Positions 37,804-48,900 of a stretch of DNA of 64,000 nucleotides are shown in pieces. Source of the stretch: an uncultured Candidatus Rokubacteria bacterium (GTDB lineage: Bacteria > Methylomirabilota > Methylomirabilia > Rokubacteriales > CSP1-6); contig CAVYTA010000005.1 of NCBI GenBank assembly GCA_963771355.1, positions 256,001 to 320,000 of the forward strand. The letters run 5' to 3'. Within the stretch, counting starts at the first letter, position 1. Every line of letters starts with the position of its first letter. The notes beneath the pieces were generated by a model that worked only from the letters and a program-made list of their open reading frames with translations, was not told the DNA's origin and did not search any database. The translations under genes were made by a program, and so were the position numbers.

Positions 37804-38769
37804 TCAGCGCTGATGGCAGCCCACGCAGGCGAAGCGTGAGGCCACCATGATGCGTGGGGCGCCGGGCGCGGGATTGGCGGCGCGGAACGCCGCCACGTTG
37901 GCGTCGGCGTCGCGGAGGCGGGCTTCCAGCACGCCGCGATAGGACCAGGTCGTGTAGTCGCGGGCAAGGGCGGCGTTCCGGTACATGATGCGGGCCGTGG
38001 CCACCTGGCCGCTCTTCACGAGCATGTCCCCGAAGTTGAGGAAGAAGCCCTCGAAGTTGTGCGGGGCGATCTCGCCGTTCCAGCACACACGCTTGGGCCC
38101 CTCCCGCGTCTCCAGACGCATGTAGCGCGCGTAATCCGGATTCGCGCGGTCCACGCGCTCGCCGACGCAGACCTCGATGTTGCGCCACATGTTCTCCAGC
38201 GCCTCGCGATAGGTGTCGCTGTCCCAGGCCTGGCCGGACATGGTGTAGCCCGCGGTGAAGAGATTGAACTCCGGGAAGGCGCGGACGGAATCCTGGAGGG
38301 TGAAGAAGCCTCGGCGGGTGACCTTCTCGTCCTTGTGGATACTGCCCTCGGCGAGGAGCGCGGACGCGTAGAAGCCGAGATAGCGCGCCTCCCCGGGACG
38401 GAGGCGCACCGCCTCCTCGAAGTACTTCCGCGAGAGCAGCGCGTGGTCGGTGATGCCCGGCGGCGCGGGATCGAGCCGCGCGCGCTCGGCGAGCCGCCAG
38501 ATGTGCAGCCAGCCGACATGCGCGGCGGTGACCGGGTCGCGCGGGTCCGCCAGATAGGCCGCGGTGAGGGCGGTGAGGGCGCGCGGGATTCCCTCGTAGT
38601 CCCCCGCGTGGAGCGTCGACCAGAAGAGCGCGTCGGCGCGCTCCGCCGCCTCCGTGCGCGTGGCGCTCGCGGTCTTCTCGGGCGCGGCCCAGACGGCGAG
38701 GCCGGCGCAGCCCGCGGCCAGTGCGGCCACCACCGCCAGGGCGAGCGCGAAGGGGGTTTGCCGCTTCAC
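37804..38769 (-). CDS. Hypothetical helical lipoprotein with a C-terminal CxxCH heme c motif
   Basis: LAAG|C lipobox; protein ends FACVGCHQR*; GTGA overlap with the upstream LLM gene. Confidence 0.75.
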   Translation of the reverse strand: MKRQTPFALALAVVAALAAGCAGLAVWAAPEKTASATRTEAAERADALFWSTLHAGDYEGIPRALTALTAAYLADPRDPVTAAHVGWLHIWRLAERARLDPAPPGITDHALLSRKYFEEAVRLRPGEARYLGFYASALLAEGSIHKDEKVTRRGFFTLQDSVRAFPEFNLFTAGYTMSGQAWDSDTYREALENMWRNIEVCVGERVDRANPDYARYMRLETREGPKRVCWNGEIAPHNFEGFFLNFGDMLVKSGQVATARIMYRNAALARDYTTWSYRGVLEARLRDADANVAAFRAANPAPGAPRIMVASRFACVGCHQR

Positions 38770-39776
38770 CGGAAGGCCGGGATGATCTCCGCCCCGCAGG
38801 ACTCGATGAAGGCGGAGCCGGGCATATTGGGCTGCAGGATCACGTGACGCATCCAGGGGAAGCGGTCCACCAGCAGCTCGAGCTGATGCCGCACGTCCGC
38901 CCCCGAGCCCATGAGGCAGAAGCGCCGCGCCACCGACAGCGGGATGGCTTCGACGTGCTTCGCGGCCAGGGCCATGTCGAAGGCGTGGTGGAAGTCGGGG
39001 CGGACCTCCTTGAGGATGTCCTCGATGGGCGCGCAGGGCCAGCGCAGGCCCAGATGCGCCCAGGTCCCCCGGTTCACCTCGTAGTAGCCCGCCGCCATCA
39101 CGCGGCCGCGCGCCTCGGCCAGCTCCGCGTCGTCGCTGATGACGGTGTGGAAGTGGCCGGCCACCCAGAGCGACGCGGGATCACGGCCCGCCTCCCGCGC
39201 GCCCGCGCAGAACTCGTCGTACCCCCACTGGACCAGCGCGGGGTCGGCGCCGATGCGGATCACCACGCCGTCGGCCGCTCGCCCCGCCATCCGGAGGGTT
39301 CGGGGCCCGCTGCCGGCGACGATGACCGGGACCGGGCGCGGATGCTGCAGGCGGGACGGCGCGGTCCAGCCCAGCGAGAGGCTCTCGCCGGCGAGGAGGC
39401 CGCGTATGGTCCGCACCGCCGCCTCCTGGTCCGCGAGGCGGGCCGGGCGCAGCCCCACCTGGAATACGGAGGTGTCGCCCGCGCCGATGCCGAGGAGGAC
39501 GCGGCCCGGCGCGTACAGATCCACGGTGGCGATGCTGGAGGCGAGCACGGTGGGATGGCGCGTGACCGGGTTGACGAGGAGCGTGCCGACCCGGGCGCGC
39601 TCGGTGCTGCGGGCGGCGGTGAGCAGGTTGAGGAAGACGTCGCCGGTGCGGAGCTGGCTGTCGGGGAACCAGAGATGGGTGAACCCGGCCGCCTCGGCCT
39701 CGCGGCAGGTCTCGGCCAGCCGCGTGGGATCGGGGAAGCCGAAGCGATTGGTGCCGAAGGTGAGCGGCGCGGTCAC
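38766..39776 (-). CDS. LLM-class oxidoreductase (Mer-like; F420 or FMN)
   Basis: LWFPDSQ, NPVTRHP, LGIGAGD, AGSGPRTLRMAGRAADG. Confidence 0.87.
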   Translation of the reverse strand: MTAPLTFGTNRFGFPDPTRLAETCREAEAAGFTHLWFPDSQLRTGDVFLNLLTAARSTERARVGTLLVNPVTRHPTVLASSIATVDLYAPGRVLLGIGAGDTSVFQVGLRPARLADQEAAVRTIRGLLAGESLSLGWTAPSRLQHPRPVPVIVAGSGPRTLRMAGRAADGVVIRIGADPALVQWGYDEFCAGAREAGRDPASLWVAGHFHTVISDDAELAEARGRVMAAGYYEVNRGTWAHLGLRWPCAPIEDILKEVRPDFHHAFDMALAAKHVEAIPLSVARRFCLMGSGADVRHQLELLVDRFPWMRHVILQPNMPGSAFIESCGAEIIPAFR

Positions 39777-39786
39777 GCGGGCCGGG

Positions 39787-41301
39787 TCAGACGGGATACT
39801 GTGGGCGCTTCGAATCCGGCCAGTCCAGGTGGAAGAACTTCCCGCGGGGCGCATCCACGCGCTCGTAGGTGTGGGCGCCGAAGTAGTCCCGCTGCGCCTG
39901 GAGGAGATTGGCGGGGAGCCGCGCCGAGCGGTAGCCGTCGAAGTAGGCCAGCGCGCTGCTGAAGGCGGGGGCGGGGATGCCGTGCCGCACCGCGAGCGCC
40001 ACCACCTCGCGCCAGGCGTCCTGCCGGTCGGCGAGCGCCTTCTTGAAGTAGGGATCCAGCATGAGGTTCACGAGCTTCGGGTCGCGGCGATAGGCCTCGG
40101 TGATCTTCTGCAGGAAGCGCGCGCGGATGATGCAGCCGCCGCGCCAGATGGCGGCGATGGTGCCGAAGTCGAGCGTCCAGCGGTACTCCTTCTGCGCCTC
40201 CCGCATGAGCTGGAAGCCCTGGGCATAGGCGCAGATCTTGGAGGAGTAGAGCGCGCGGCGCACCGCATCGACGAGCTTGGCCTTCGATCCGCGATACGGC
40301 GCCCTGGGTCCCTTGAGGACCTTGGACGCGGCCACCCGCTCCTCCTTCAGCGCGGAGAGGCAGCGCGCGAAGACCGCCTCCGCGATGGCATTGGCGGGAA
40401 TGCCCATGTCCAGCGCGTTCACGCTGGTCCACTTGCCGGTCCCCTTCTGGCCCGCGGTGTCCAGCACCGCGTCCACGAAGAAGCGGCGGGGGTTGGCCGG
40501 ATCGCGCTGCTTGAGGATGTCGGCGGTGATCTCGATGAGGTAGGAGCTGAGCTCCTGCTGGTTCCAGTCGGTGAAGACCTCGGCCAGCGCGTCGGGCTTC
40601 AGCCCGCCCAGCGCGGTGAGGAGGTGATAGGCCTCCGAGATGAGCTGCATGTCGATGTACTCGATCCCGTTGTGCACCATCTTCACGTAGTGCCCGGCGC
40701 CGTTGGGGCCGATGTAGGCGGTGCAGGGCTCGCCGCCCTGCACGGGCTTGCCCGGCGCATAGTCCTCCAGGGGCTGGCCCGTCTTGGGATCCACCTTGGC
40801 GGCGACGGCCTCCCAGATGGGGCGGAGATGCTCCCAGGACTCCGGGTGACCGCCGGGCATCAGCGAGGGGCCGAAGCGCGCGCCGATCTCGCCGCCGCTC
40901 ACGCCGGAGCCGAAGAAGCGGCAGCGGGCCTCGTACTGCTTCTCGCGCCTGATGGTGTCGGTCCAGAGGCTGTTGCCGCAGTCCACCACGATGTCGTCCG
41001 TCTCGACGCCCGCGCCGAGGAGCTGCTCCACCACCGCGTCGACCGGCGGCCCCGCCTTGACGAGGATGAGGATCTTGCGTGGCTTCCGGAGCGCGGCCAC
41101 GAAGTCCGGCAGCGTGGCCGCCCCCACCAGGCCGCCCGGCGTGTCCGGGTGCCCGGCCACGAACTTCTCCATGACCGAGGTGGTCCGGTTGTAGACGGCC
41201 ATGCGGTAGCCGTGGTCGGCGATGTTGAGCGCGAGGTTCTCGCCCATCACGGCGAGCCCGATCAGACCGACGTCAGCGCTGGCGCGGGTGGGGGTTGTCA
41301 T
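39787..41301 (-). CDS. gnd: NADP-dependent 6-phosphogluconate dehydrogenase
   Basis: [45 protein letters not shown]. Confidence 0.96.
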   Translation of the reverse strand: MTTPTRASADVGLIGLAVMGENLALNIADHGYRMAVYNRTTSVMEKFVAGHPDTPGGLVGAATLPDFVAALRKPRKILILVKAGPPVDAVVEQLLGAGVETDDIVVDCGNSLWTDTIRREKQYEARCRFFGSGVSGGEIGARFGPSLMPGGHPESWEHLRPIWEAVAAKVDPKTGQPLEDYAPGKPVQGGEPCTAYIGPNGAGHYVKMVHNGIEYIDMQLISEAYHLLTALGGLKPDALAEVFTDWNQQELSSYLIEITADILKQRDPANPRRFFVDAVLDTAGQKGTGKWTSVNALDMGIPANAIAEAVFARCLSALKEERVAASKVLKGPRAPYRGSKAKLVDAVRRALYSSKICAYAQGFQLMREAQKEYRWTLDFGTIAAIWRGGCIIRARFLQKITEAYRRDPKLVNLMLDPYFKKALADRQDAWREVVALAVRHGIPAPAFSSALAYFDGYRSARLPANLLQAQRDYFGAHTYERVDAPRGKFFHLDWPDSKRPQYPV

Positions 41302-41341
41302 GACCGTACTCTACTCCTACCCTTCCGCCAGGGGGAGGGGG

Positions 41342-42250
41342 CTAGCCGATGCGCGGATCGAGGGCGTCGCGGAGGCGGTCGCCCACCAGGTTGATGGCGA
41401 GCACGGTCAGGAGAATGGCGAGGCCGGGGAAGGTGGGCAGCCACCAGGCCACGCTGACGAAGTCGCGCCCGAGCGCGATCATCTGGCCCCAGGTGGGATA
41501 GGCGCTGCCCGTGCCCACCCCGAGGAATGAAAGCGCCGCCTCCTGCAGGATGGCCTGCGCCACCTGCAGCGTGGACATGACGATGATGGACGAGAAGGTG
41601 TTGGGCAGCACGTGGCGAAGCACCATCCGGGCCGACGAGGCGCCCATGGCGCGCGCGGCCTCCATGAAGTCCTTCTCGCGCAGCGCCAGCACCTCCGCCC
41701 GCACCACGCGGGTGTAGCGCTCCCAGCCGGTGAGGCCCAGCACCACGATGATGGTGGTGACGCTCGGGCCCAGCGCGGCCACGAAGGCCAGCGCGAGGAG
41801 CAGCGGCGGGAAGGAGAGCGTCACGTCCACCACGGTCATGATCACCGTGTCCACGCGACCCTGGAGGAAGCCGGAGAGGAGACCGAGGGTGACGCCGACC
41901 GTCATGCTCACCGCCACCGCGGCGATTCCCACCAGGAGGGAGATGCGCGCGCCGTGGATGATGCGGCTCAGGATGTCACGTCCGACCTGGTCGGTGCCGA
42001 GCACGTGGGCGGCCTTGCCCGCCTCCGCCCAGACCGGTGGGGTGAAGCGCCGGATCAAGCTCTGGCGCGCGGGCTCGTGAGGCGCGATCCAGGGCGCGAA
42101 GACGGCGGCGCCCACGACGACGAAGAGGATGAGCGCACCGGCGATGGCGGCCGGGTTGCGGGCGAACTTGCGCCAGGTCCGTGAGCGCTCCGTGGCCCGC
42201 TCGGCGCCGGCGGGCACGCCCAGGGGCGGGGCGAGAGTGCCGATGGCCAT
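41342..42250 (-). CDS. Peptide/nickel ABC permease (DppC-like)
   Basis: LGTDQVGRD, EAALSFLG, GDRLRDALDP. Confidence 0.92.
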   Translation of the reverse strand: MAIGTLAPPLGVPAGAERATERSRTWRKFARNPAAIAGALILFVVVGAAVFAPWIAPHEPARQSLIRRFTPPVWAEAGKAAHVLGTDQVGRDILSRIIHGARISLLVGIAAVAVSMTVGVTLGLLSGFLQGRVDTVIMTVVDVTLSFPPLLLALAFVAALGPSVTTIIVVLGLTGWERYTRVVRAEVLALREKDFMEAARAMGASSARMVLRHVLPNTFSSIIVMSTLQVAQAILQEAALSFLGVGTGSAYPTWGQMIALGRDFVSVAWWLPTFPGLAILLTVLAINLVGDRLRDALDPRIG

Positions 42251-42256
42251 GGCCGT

Positions 42257-43171
42257 TCAGCGTACCCGGATCTGAGGGTTCAGGTAGACGTAGAGCATGT
42301 CCACCGCGAAGTTCACGAGGACCACGACGAGGGCCAGGACGAAGACGCCGGCCTGGACGATGGGGAAGTCGAGCTGGCGGATGGCGCCCACGACGAGCCG
42401 GCCCAGTCCGGGCACCGCGAAGACGGTCTCGGTCACGATGGCCCCGCCCAGCAGCAGCCCGAACTGGAGGCCGGCGACCGTGACGAGCGGGAGCGCGGCG
42501 TTGATGAGGGCGTGGCGGCAGATGACGAACCACTCGGAGACGCCCTTGGCCCGCGCCGTGCGCACGTAGTCGAGGTTGATCACCTCCAGCATGCTGGAGC
42601 GGACGATGCGGAGCAGGAGCGGGGTCGAGAAGGTGGCCAGCGTGAACCCGGGCAGGATGAGGGCCGCCCAGCTGTCCCAGCCGGAGACGGGAAGGACGCG
42701 GAACTGGACCGCGAAGAGGAGGATGAGCATGATGCCGGTCCAGAACACCGGCATGGAGGTGCCGAGGAAGACGACGAACGTCGCCGCGTGGTCGAAGAGC
42801 GAGTTGCGGCGGACCGCGCTGAAGATGCCAATGGGCACGGCGAGGGCGAGGGAAAGCCCCATGGCGAGCACGGTGAGGAGCATCGTGGTCGGCATGCGCT
42901 CGAGGACCAGCGGTAGCGCCGGCTTGCGGTGGAAGAAGGACTGACCGAAGTCGCCCTGCGCGATGTTCCCCACGAAGCGCACAAACTGGATCGCCAGGGG
43001 GTCGTTGAAGCCCATGTTCTGGCGGAGCACCGCCCGGTCGGATTCGGGCGCCTCGGGCATCATCAACGCCACCGGGTCGCCGCTCGCCTGAAGGATCGCG
43101 AACGTGACGAGGGACACGCCCACGAGCACTACCACGAGGCGGACGACCCGGCGTACCAGCAGGGTCAGCAC
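42257..43171 (-). CDS. Peptide/nickel ABC permease (DppB-like)
   Basis: GDP, GDFGQS, DYVRTARAKG, DFPIVQ. Confidence 0.92.
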   Translation of the reverse strand: MLTLLVRRVVRLVVVLVGVSLVTFAILQASGDPVALMMPEAPESDRAVLRQNMGFNDPLAIQFVRFVGNIAQGDFGQSFFHRKPALPLVLERMPTTMLLTVLAMGLSLALAVPIGIFSAVRRNSLFDHAATFVVFLGTSMPVFWTGIMLILLFAVQFRVLPVSGWDSWAALILPGFTLATFSTPLLLRIVRSSMLEVINLDYVRTARAKGVSEWFVICRHALINAALPLVTVAGLQFGLLLGGAIVTETVFAVPGLGRLVVGAIRQLDFPIVQAGVFVLALVVVLVNFAVDMLYVYLNPQIRVR

Positions 43172-43212
43172 GGCAACGGGATCACCGGAGCGAGATCACC
43201 GCTCGTCCCGCC

Positions 43213-44739
43213 CTACCGGGCCGCGGGCTTGGCGTCGAAGAGCCAGAGCCACTCGTCCGGACGGGCGGCGTACTGCACCTTCTTCGAGATGGCGAGGGTG
43301 TCGTACTGAGTCCACAGGAATACGCTGGGCGCCTCCTCGCGGATCATCTGCTGGATCTGCGTGTAGGTCCGCTTCCGCCGCGGCTGATCCACAGAGGACC
43401 GCGCCTCGTCGATGAGCCGATCGAGCCCCTCCACGCGCGTGTACCACTTGCCGTACCAGCCTCCGGGCTCGGAGTGGTAGAGCGGGTGGAGCACCGCGTC
43501 GGCGTCGAAGACCGAGTAGTTGCCCCAGGTGCCGTAGATGCCGTGCGTGCCCTTGCCCTCGGTCTGGGAGAACTTGTTCCAGGCCGGACCCGGGTCCCAC
43601 ATCTTGGGCGTGGCGCGGATGCCGACCTCGGTGAGCATCTCGCACAGGGCCTCGAACTGCGGGCGGTTGGCGACGGACGAGCTATGGAGGGTGATGTCCA
43701 CCCCGTTCGGGAAGCCGGCCTGGGCGAGCAGCTCCTTGGCCTTCTTCTTGTCGAACGGGTAAGGCTTGATGTCCGCGTCGAAGCCGAAGGCCAGCGGCTG
43801 CACCACCGTCGCGACCTGGCGACCGAGCCCGGCCATGAGCTTCTGGATGATCGTTTGCTTGTCGATCGCGTAGTTGGCGGCCTGTCGCACCGCCTTCTTG
43901 TCGAAGGGCGGGACGCGCATGTCGAGCTCGATCTGGTGGACGCGCAGGATGGGCGTCGAGGAGATATAGGCCAGCGGGTGGGTCTTGAGCTCGGGCTGGA
44001 TATCGGGGGAGACCTCCCGGATCAGGTCCACTCCGCCCGTCTTGATCTCGGCCACCATGGTCGCGACTTCGGGCACGGCCCGGAAGATCAAGGTCTTGAA
44101 GGCCGGCTTACCCCGCCAGTGCTGGTCGAAGGCCTCGAGCCGGATGAGCTGGTCGCGCTTCCACTCCACGAACTTCCAGGGTCCCGTGCCCACCGGCGAG
44201 GTGGCCCCGAAGGCCTGATCTCCCACCGTCTCGACGTGCTTCTTCGGGACGATGGGGAAGAAGACCAGGCGCTCGAGGAGGAGTGGGAAGGGCTTGTCGG
44301 TGATGATGTGGACGGTCTCCGGGTTCACCACGCGGACTTCCTTGATGGCGCGGATGTTCCCATACTGCGGGGATTTCTTCGTCTGGTCGATCACCCGGTC
44401 GAACGAATACTTCACGTCGTCGGGCGTGAGCGTCTCGCCATTGTGAAACTTCACGCCCTTTCGGATCTTGAACTCCCACTGAGTGTCGGTCAGCGCCTTC
44501 CACGAGGTCGCGATGGAGGGCTCGAACTCGAGCTTGGGGTTCCGGTGCAGGAGCGAGTCGAACATGTTGATGTTGACGAGGATGCCCACGCGCTCGAAGT
44601 GCATGTGGGGGTCCAGCGTCGGGGCATGCGAGACGAGGGCGACCGTGAGGGTGTCCTTCGCCTGCGCCTGGGCGGCAGTGGGGATCGCGGCGAGCGCCGC
44701 GACGGTGAGCACGATTGCCAGCAGGGTCCATCGCTTCAT
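43213..44739 (-). CDS. ABC transporter substrate-binding protein, family 5
   Basis: GAGGAGG RBS, signal peptide MKRWTLLAIV...AQA, IRKGVKFHNGE, GTGPWK. Confidence 0.92.
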   Translation of the reverse strand: MKRWTLLAIVLTVAALAAIPTAAQAQAKDTLTVALVSHAPTLDPHMHFERVGILVNINMFDSLLHRNPKLEFEPSIATSWKALTDTQWEFKIRKGVKFHNGETLTPDDVKYSFDRVIDQTKKSPQYGNIRAIKEVRVVNPETVHIITDKPFPLLLERLVFFPIVPKKHVETVGDQAFGATSPVGTGPWKFVEWKRDQLIRLEAFDQHWRGKPAFKTLIFRAVPEVATMVAEIKTGGVDLIREVSPDIQPELKTHPLAYISSTPILRVHQIELDMRVPPFDKKAVRQAANYAIDKQTIIQKLMAGLGRQVATVVQPLAFGFDADIKPYPFDKKKAKELLAQAGFPNGVDITLHSSSVANRPQFEALCEMLTEVGIRATPKMWDPGPAWNKFSQTEGKGTHGIYGTWGNYSVFDADAVLHPLYHSEPGGWYGKWYTRVEGLDRLIDEARSSVDQPRRKRTYTQIQQMIREEAPSVFLWTQYDTLAISKKVQYAARPDEWLWLFDAKPAAR

Positions 44740-44872
44740 GGGGGTACCTCCTCGGTCACGGATCCGGTCGTAAGTAGGAGAGGGCGACGATGACCTCAGA
44801 GCCTGCCTGCGTATACCACAGGCCGGCGCGTCCGCACAATAGGAGGGGGGAGCCCATGCTAGAGTCCCGCCC

Positions 44873-45928
44873 ATGGCCAAGACCCCCCTCTCCGGCAAGG
44901 CGCAAACGGTGCTCGGGCCCGTGGACGGCGACACGATGGGCATCACGCTGCCCCACGAGCATCTCCTCATCGACTTCAAGGTGATGTTCAAGGAGCCGGA
45001 GGCGGCGGCCGACAAGGGCCGCGCCCTGGCGCCGGTCACCATGGCCAACCTCGGCTGGGTGCGTCAGAACTTCTCGTCCAGCCTGGACAACCTCCGCCTT
45101 CTCGACGAGGACGTGGCCCGCGACGAGGCGCTCCTCTTCAAGCAGGCGGGCGGCCAGACCATGGTCGATCCCACCAATGGGGGGCTCGCGCGGGATCCCG
45201 CCGCGCTGGCGCGGATCGCGCGGGCCACCGGGCTCCACATCGTGATGGGCGCGGGCTACTACGTGCAGGCCGCCCATCCGCCGGCACTCTCCAGGAGGAG
45301 CGTGGACGACATCGCGCGCGAGATCGTGGCCGACCTCACCGTGGGGGTGGGTGACACCGGCGTGCGCGCCGGCCTCATCGGCGAGATCGGCTGCACCTGG
45401 CCGTGGACGGATGACGAGAAGAAGGTGGTGCGCGCGGCGGTGGCGGCCCAGCGGGAGACCGGCGCGCCGCTGATGATCCACCCGGGGCGCAACCCGCGCG
45501 CGCCCATGCAGATCCTGGAGCTGGTGGGGAAGGAAGGCGGCAACCTCAAGCGAACCATCATGTGCCACATCGACCGGACCATCGCCGACCGGAAGCACCT
45601 CATGGAGCTCGCCCAGACCGGCTGCTATCTCGAATACGACCTCTTCGGGCTCGAGACGTCCTACTATCCCTACAATCCCGACTTCGACATGCCCAATGAC
45701 GGCGGGCGCATGGCGCAGATCCTTCGCCTCATCGAGGACGGGCACACGCGCCAGGTGCTCATGTCGCACGACATCGCCTACAAGCATCTGCTGACAAAGT
45801 GGGGCGGCTGCGGCTATCACCACCTGCTGGTCAACGTGGTGCCGCGGCTGCGGCGGAAGGGGCTGGACGACCGCGCGATCCGCGGCCTCCTCGTGGACAA
45901 TCCGCGCCGCGCCTTCGTCTTCGCCTAG
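44873..45928 (+). CDS. Phosphotriesterase-related amidohydrolase (PTER/PHP type)
   Basis: TLPHEHL, GLIGEIG (bridging Glu), IHPG, CHID, MSHD. Confidence 0.9.
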   Translation: MAKTPLSGKAQTVLGPVDGDTMGITLPHEHLLIDFKVMFKEPEAAADKGRALAPVTMANLGWVRQNFSSSLDNLRLLDEDVARDEALLFKQAGGQTMVDPTNGGLARDPAALARIARATGLHIVMGAGYYVQAAHPPALSRRSVDDIAREIVADLTVGVGDTGVRAGLIGEIGCTWPWTDDEKKVVRAAVAAQRETGAPLMIHPGRNPRAPMQILELVGKEGGNLKRTIMCHIDRTIADRKHLMELAQTGCYLEYDLFGLETSYYPYNPDFDMPNDGGRMAQILRLIEDGHTRQVLMSHDIAYKHLLTKWGGCGYHHLLVNVVPRLRRKGLDDRAIRGLLVDNPRRAFVFA

Positions 45929-48900
45929 CGCGGTCCCTGGAGAGCGGCGCGGGCGTCCTCGATCCAGCCCGTCGCGCCCATCTCTTCGAACAAGCCGAGG
46001 GCGCGCTCGATCAGCGCCCGACCGGCAGCCGCATCGTCACGAACTCGGAAACGGCCATACGCCAGCAGGGTCTGTCCGAGCTCGGGGCGGGACTGGATGG
46101 CCTCGAGTAGCTCCAGGCTCTGACGGAACGCGGTGTCGGCCGCGTCACGGTCAGCGAGGGCCTCGCACGTCCGTCCGAGTACGCGCAGTGCCGCTCCGTG
46201 CTCCATCCGTAAGTGGCTCTGTCCGGCATCGTGCGCCGCACGATGCGCCGCGGTGAGCGCCGCCGTCCTGTCCCCGAGGGCGACGGAAAGCTCGGCCAGC
46301 GCCATCTGGAGCCACACCATCATCCATACCTGGGACGATCCCTGGGCCTCGCATTCCGGCAAGGCGCGGTCCAGGAGCCTCTTGGCGTGTTCGAGGCGGC
46401 CGAGCCTCACGTAAGCTATCGCGGCCCACGCCGAGATCCAGAAGAGGGGCGACCACTCTCGGATCACCCAGCAATGGGGAAGGCCTTCCTCGGCGATGCG
46501 CACCACGTCCTCCCACTGGCCCTTGTACATGTACGGCTCGACTTCCATGGCCAGCCACGCCCTGAGCTTGGGATCGTCCAGGCTATCTCCTAGATGCCGA
46601 GCCCGCGCCGCGTAGTCGAGTGACTCCGGAATCCGTCCGGCGCGCGCGAAGTAGCACCGTCCACTGGATGCCATCTCCCACGCCTGATCGAGCGTTCGAC
46701 CCAGGGTCCCCAGGAGATCGATACCCTGGCGAATGTGGCTCAGCGCGGCCTCATACCTGGCAACTTGACCGAGATGCCCACCGTAATGCAACGTCGCATA
46801 GGCACGAGCGGAGTCGTCGCCGGAGGCTTCGGCCCTCTCCAGCGCCCGCCGCAGACTCGCCTCGTCCTGCCGGTGCCAGGCGCGGACGGCCTCTACCCTC
46901 GCCATGAGGGGCTCATTGTCGAGCTCAGCGACCGCCGTCAGGGCCCGATCGAGGTGCTCGAAGCCGGCCGTCCGCTCCCGGTCATTGCGTCGCCAGCCCG
47001 GGAGGTCCACGAGCGAGAGCACGGCGTCGATGCGCAGACGATTCCGTTCCGCGGTGACCGGCAGCCGGTCCAGGAGCTCGAGCGCTTGCCAGTAGTGCGC
47101 GATGGCCTCGGGACGCGCGTAGAGCTTCATCGCCCGATCGGCGGCCTCGAGCGAGTAGGTCAACGCCTTCTCCCACTCCTCGGCCCTTTGCCAGTGGTGG
47201 GCGAGCAGCGGCGCCCGATCCGAGGCCGGTGTCGCTTCCTGCTCGAGAAAGGTCGCCAGCCGCCGGTGGAGCTCCCGGCGCTGATCGAGAAGGATGCTCG
47301 CGTAGGCGGCTTCCTGGGTGAGCGCGTGCTTGAATAGGTACTCGCGCTCGGGGACGTGGGCCCACTCACGAATCAGCTCGGCGCGCAAGAGATGGGCGAG
47401 CGACCGATCGAGCTCTCCGTCGCCCTCGTGAAGCGCGCGGAGCGCGCGATAGCTCAGGAACCGTCCGATCACGGAGGCGCGCTGTAGCGTGGCCTTGGCG
47501 GCGGGGGGCAGGCGGTCGATCCGGGCCGCGATCAAGCCTCGCAGCGTGGCGGGCATCGCGAGGCGACTCACGTCGCCCGCCGCGATCCATCGACTCCCTT
47601 CCCGACGAAGCACCCCTTCCTCGATCAGCGTACGGAGTATCTCCTCGACGAAGAATGGATTGCCCTCGGACTGCGCGAGGATTCGTTTGCGGATCGCCTC
47701 GGGCAGCTCGGCAACGTGCAGCAGGTTCTCGACCAGACGCTCGGACGCATCGGCCGGAAGCGGGGCCAGCGTGAGCTCGGTGAGGCGGTGCGGATAGTTT
47801 CGCTGGGCGTGGAATCGGAAATCCCAGGACCCGCCCTCCGGATCGGGTCGGGATGTCACCAGGATCATGAGCGGCAGGAGATCGGTCAGCTCGCTGAGAA
47901 CGGTGAGGACCTCGATGGTGGCCGGATCGGCCCAGTGCAGATCCTCGACGGTCAGGATGACCGGTTCCCGGGTCGCGAGCGCCTCCACGATCGAACGCAG
48001 CGCGAGCACGAGCTGGGATTGCAGGGCCCGGGGGTCCATGGCGGGAGGAAGGGGCTGTCCGGGCTCGCCTTGCATGCCGAGGAGGTGGGCCACCGCGAGG
48101 TGCACCTGCTCGTATTTGCTGCCGACGAGCGAGCGGAGCGTCACCCTCAGCTTCGTCCGCGCCACTTGCTGGCTCTCCGTCCCGGTGAGCTGGAGCACCG
48201 CTCTCAGGATCTGGACGAGCGGCGCATAGCTCGACGTCTGGGTGAAGGCCTGACAGCGACCCTCGAGCCACCGCACGTTCGGCGGGGGATTCTCCCGGAG
48301 CTCGTTCTTGAGGCGCGATTTGCCGATCCCGGCCTCGCCGGTGATGGAGACGATCTGTCCGCGACCCCCGCCCAGCTCCTTGGCGCAGCGCTCGAGGGCC
48401 GTCGCTTCGCCCTCACGACCGACCAGCGGCGAGGAGAGTCCGGGAACTCCGCGCGGCTCGGGGATCGAGCGAAGGCCCGTGACGATATGCGCGTTGACGG
48501 GCGCCGGGAAGCCCTTGAGCGAGAGCGGCCCTACCGATTCCGACTCGATCAGGGACCGTACAAGACGAAGCGTCTCCGGGCACACCACAATTCCGTGGGC
48601 GGCCGACTGGAGCCGCGCCGCGAGATTCGTGACCTCACCGGTGACCATGAGCTCCCGGGCGGGATCGGTCACCGCCACCGCCTCGCCGGTGGCGATGCCG
48701 ACGCGCAGGTCGAGGCGAGCGCCGTACTCCTGCTCGAACATGGGGTTCAGCTGGACGAGGCTTTCCCGCATGGCGAGGGCCGCCCGCACCGCCCGCTCCG
48801 CGTCGTCCTCGTGCACTTGCGGGACGCCGAAGACGGCCATGATCGCGTCGCCCGCGTACTTCTCCACGACGCCGCCGAAGGCGCGGATCTGGTGCGTCAT

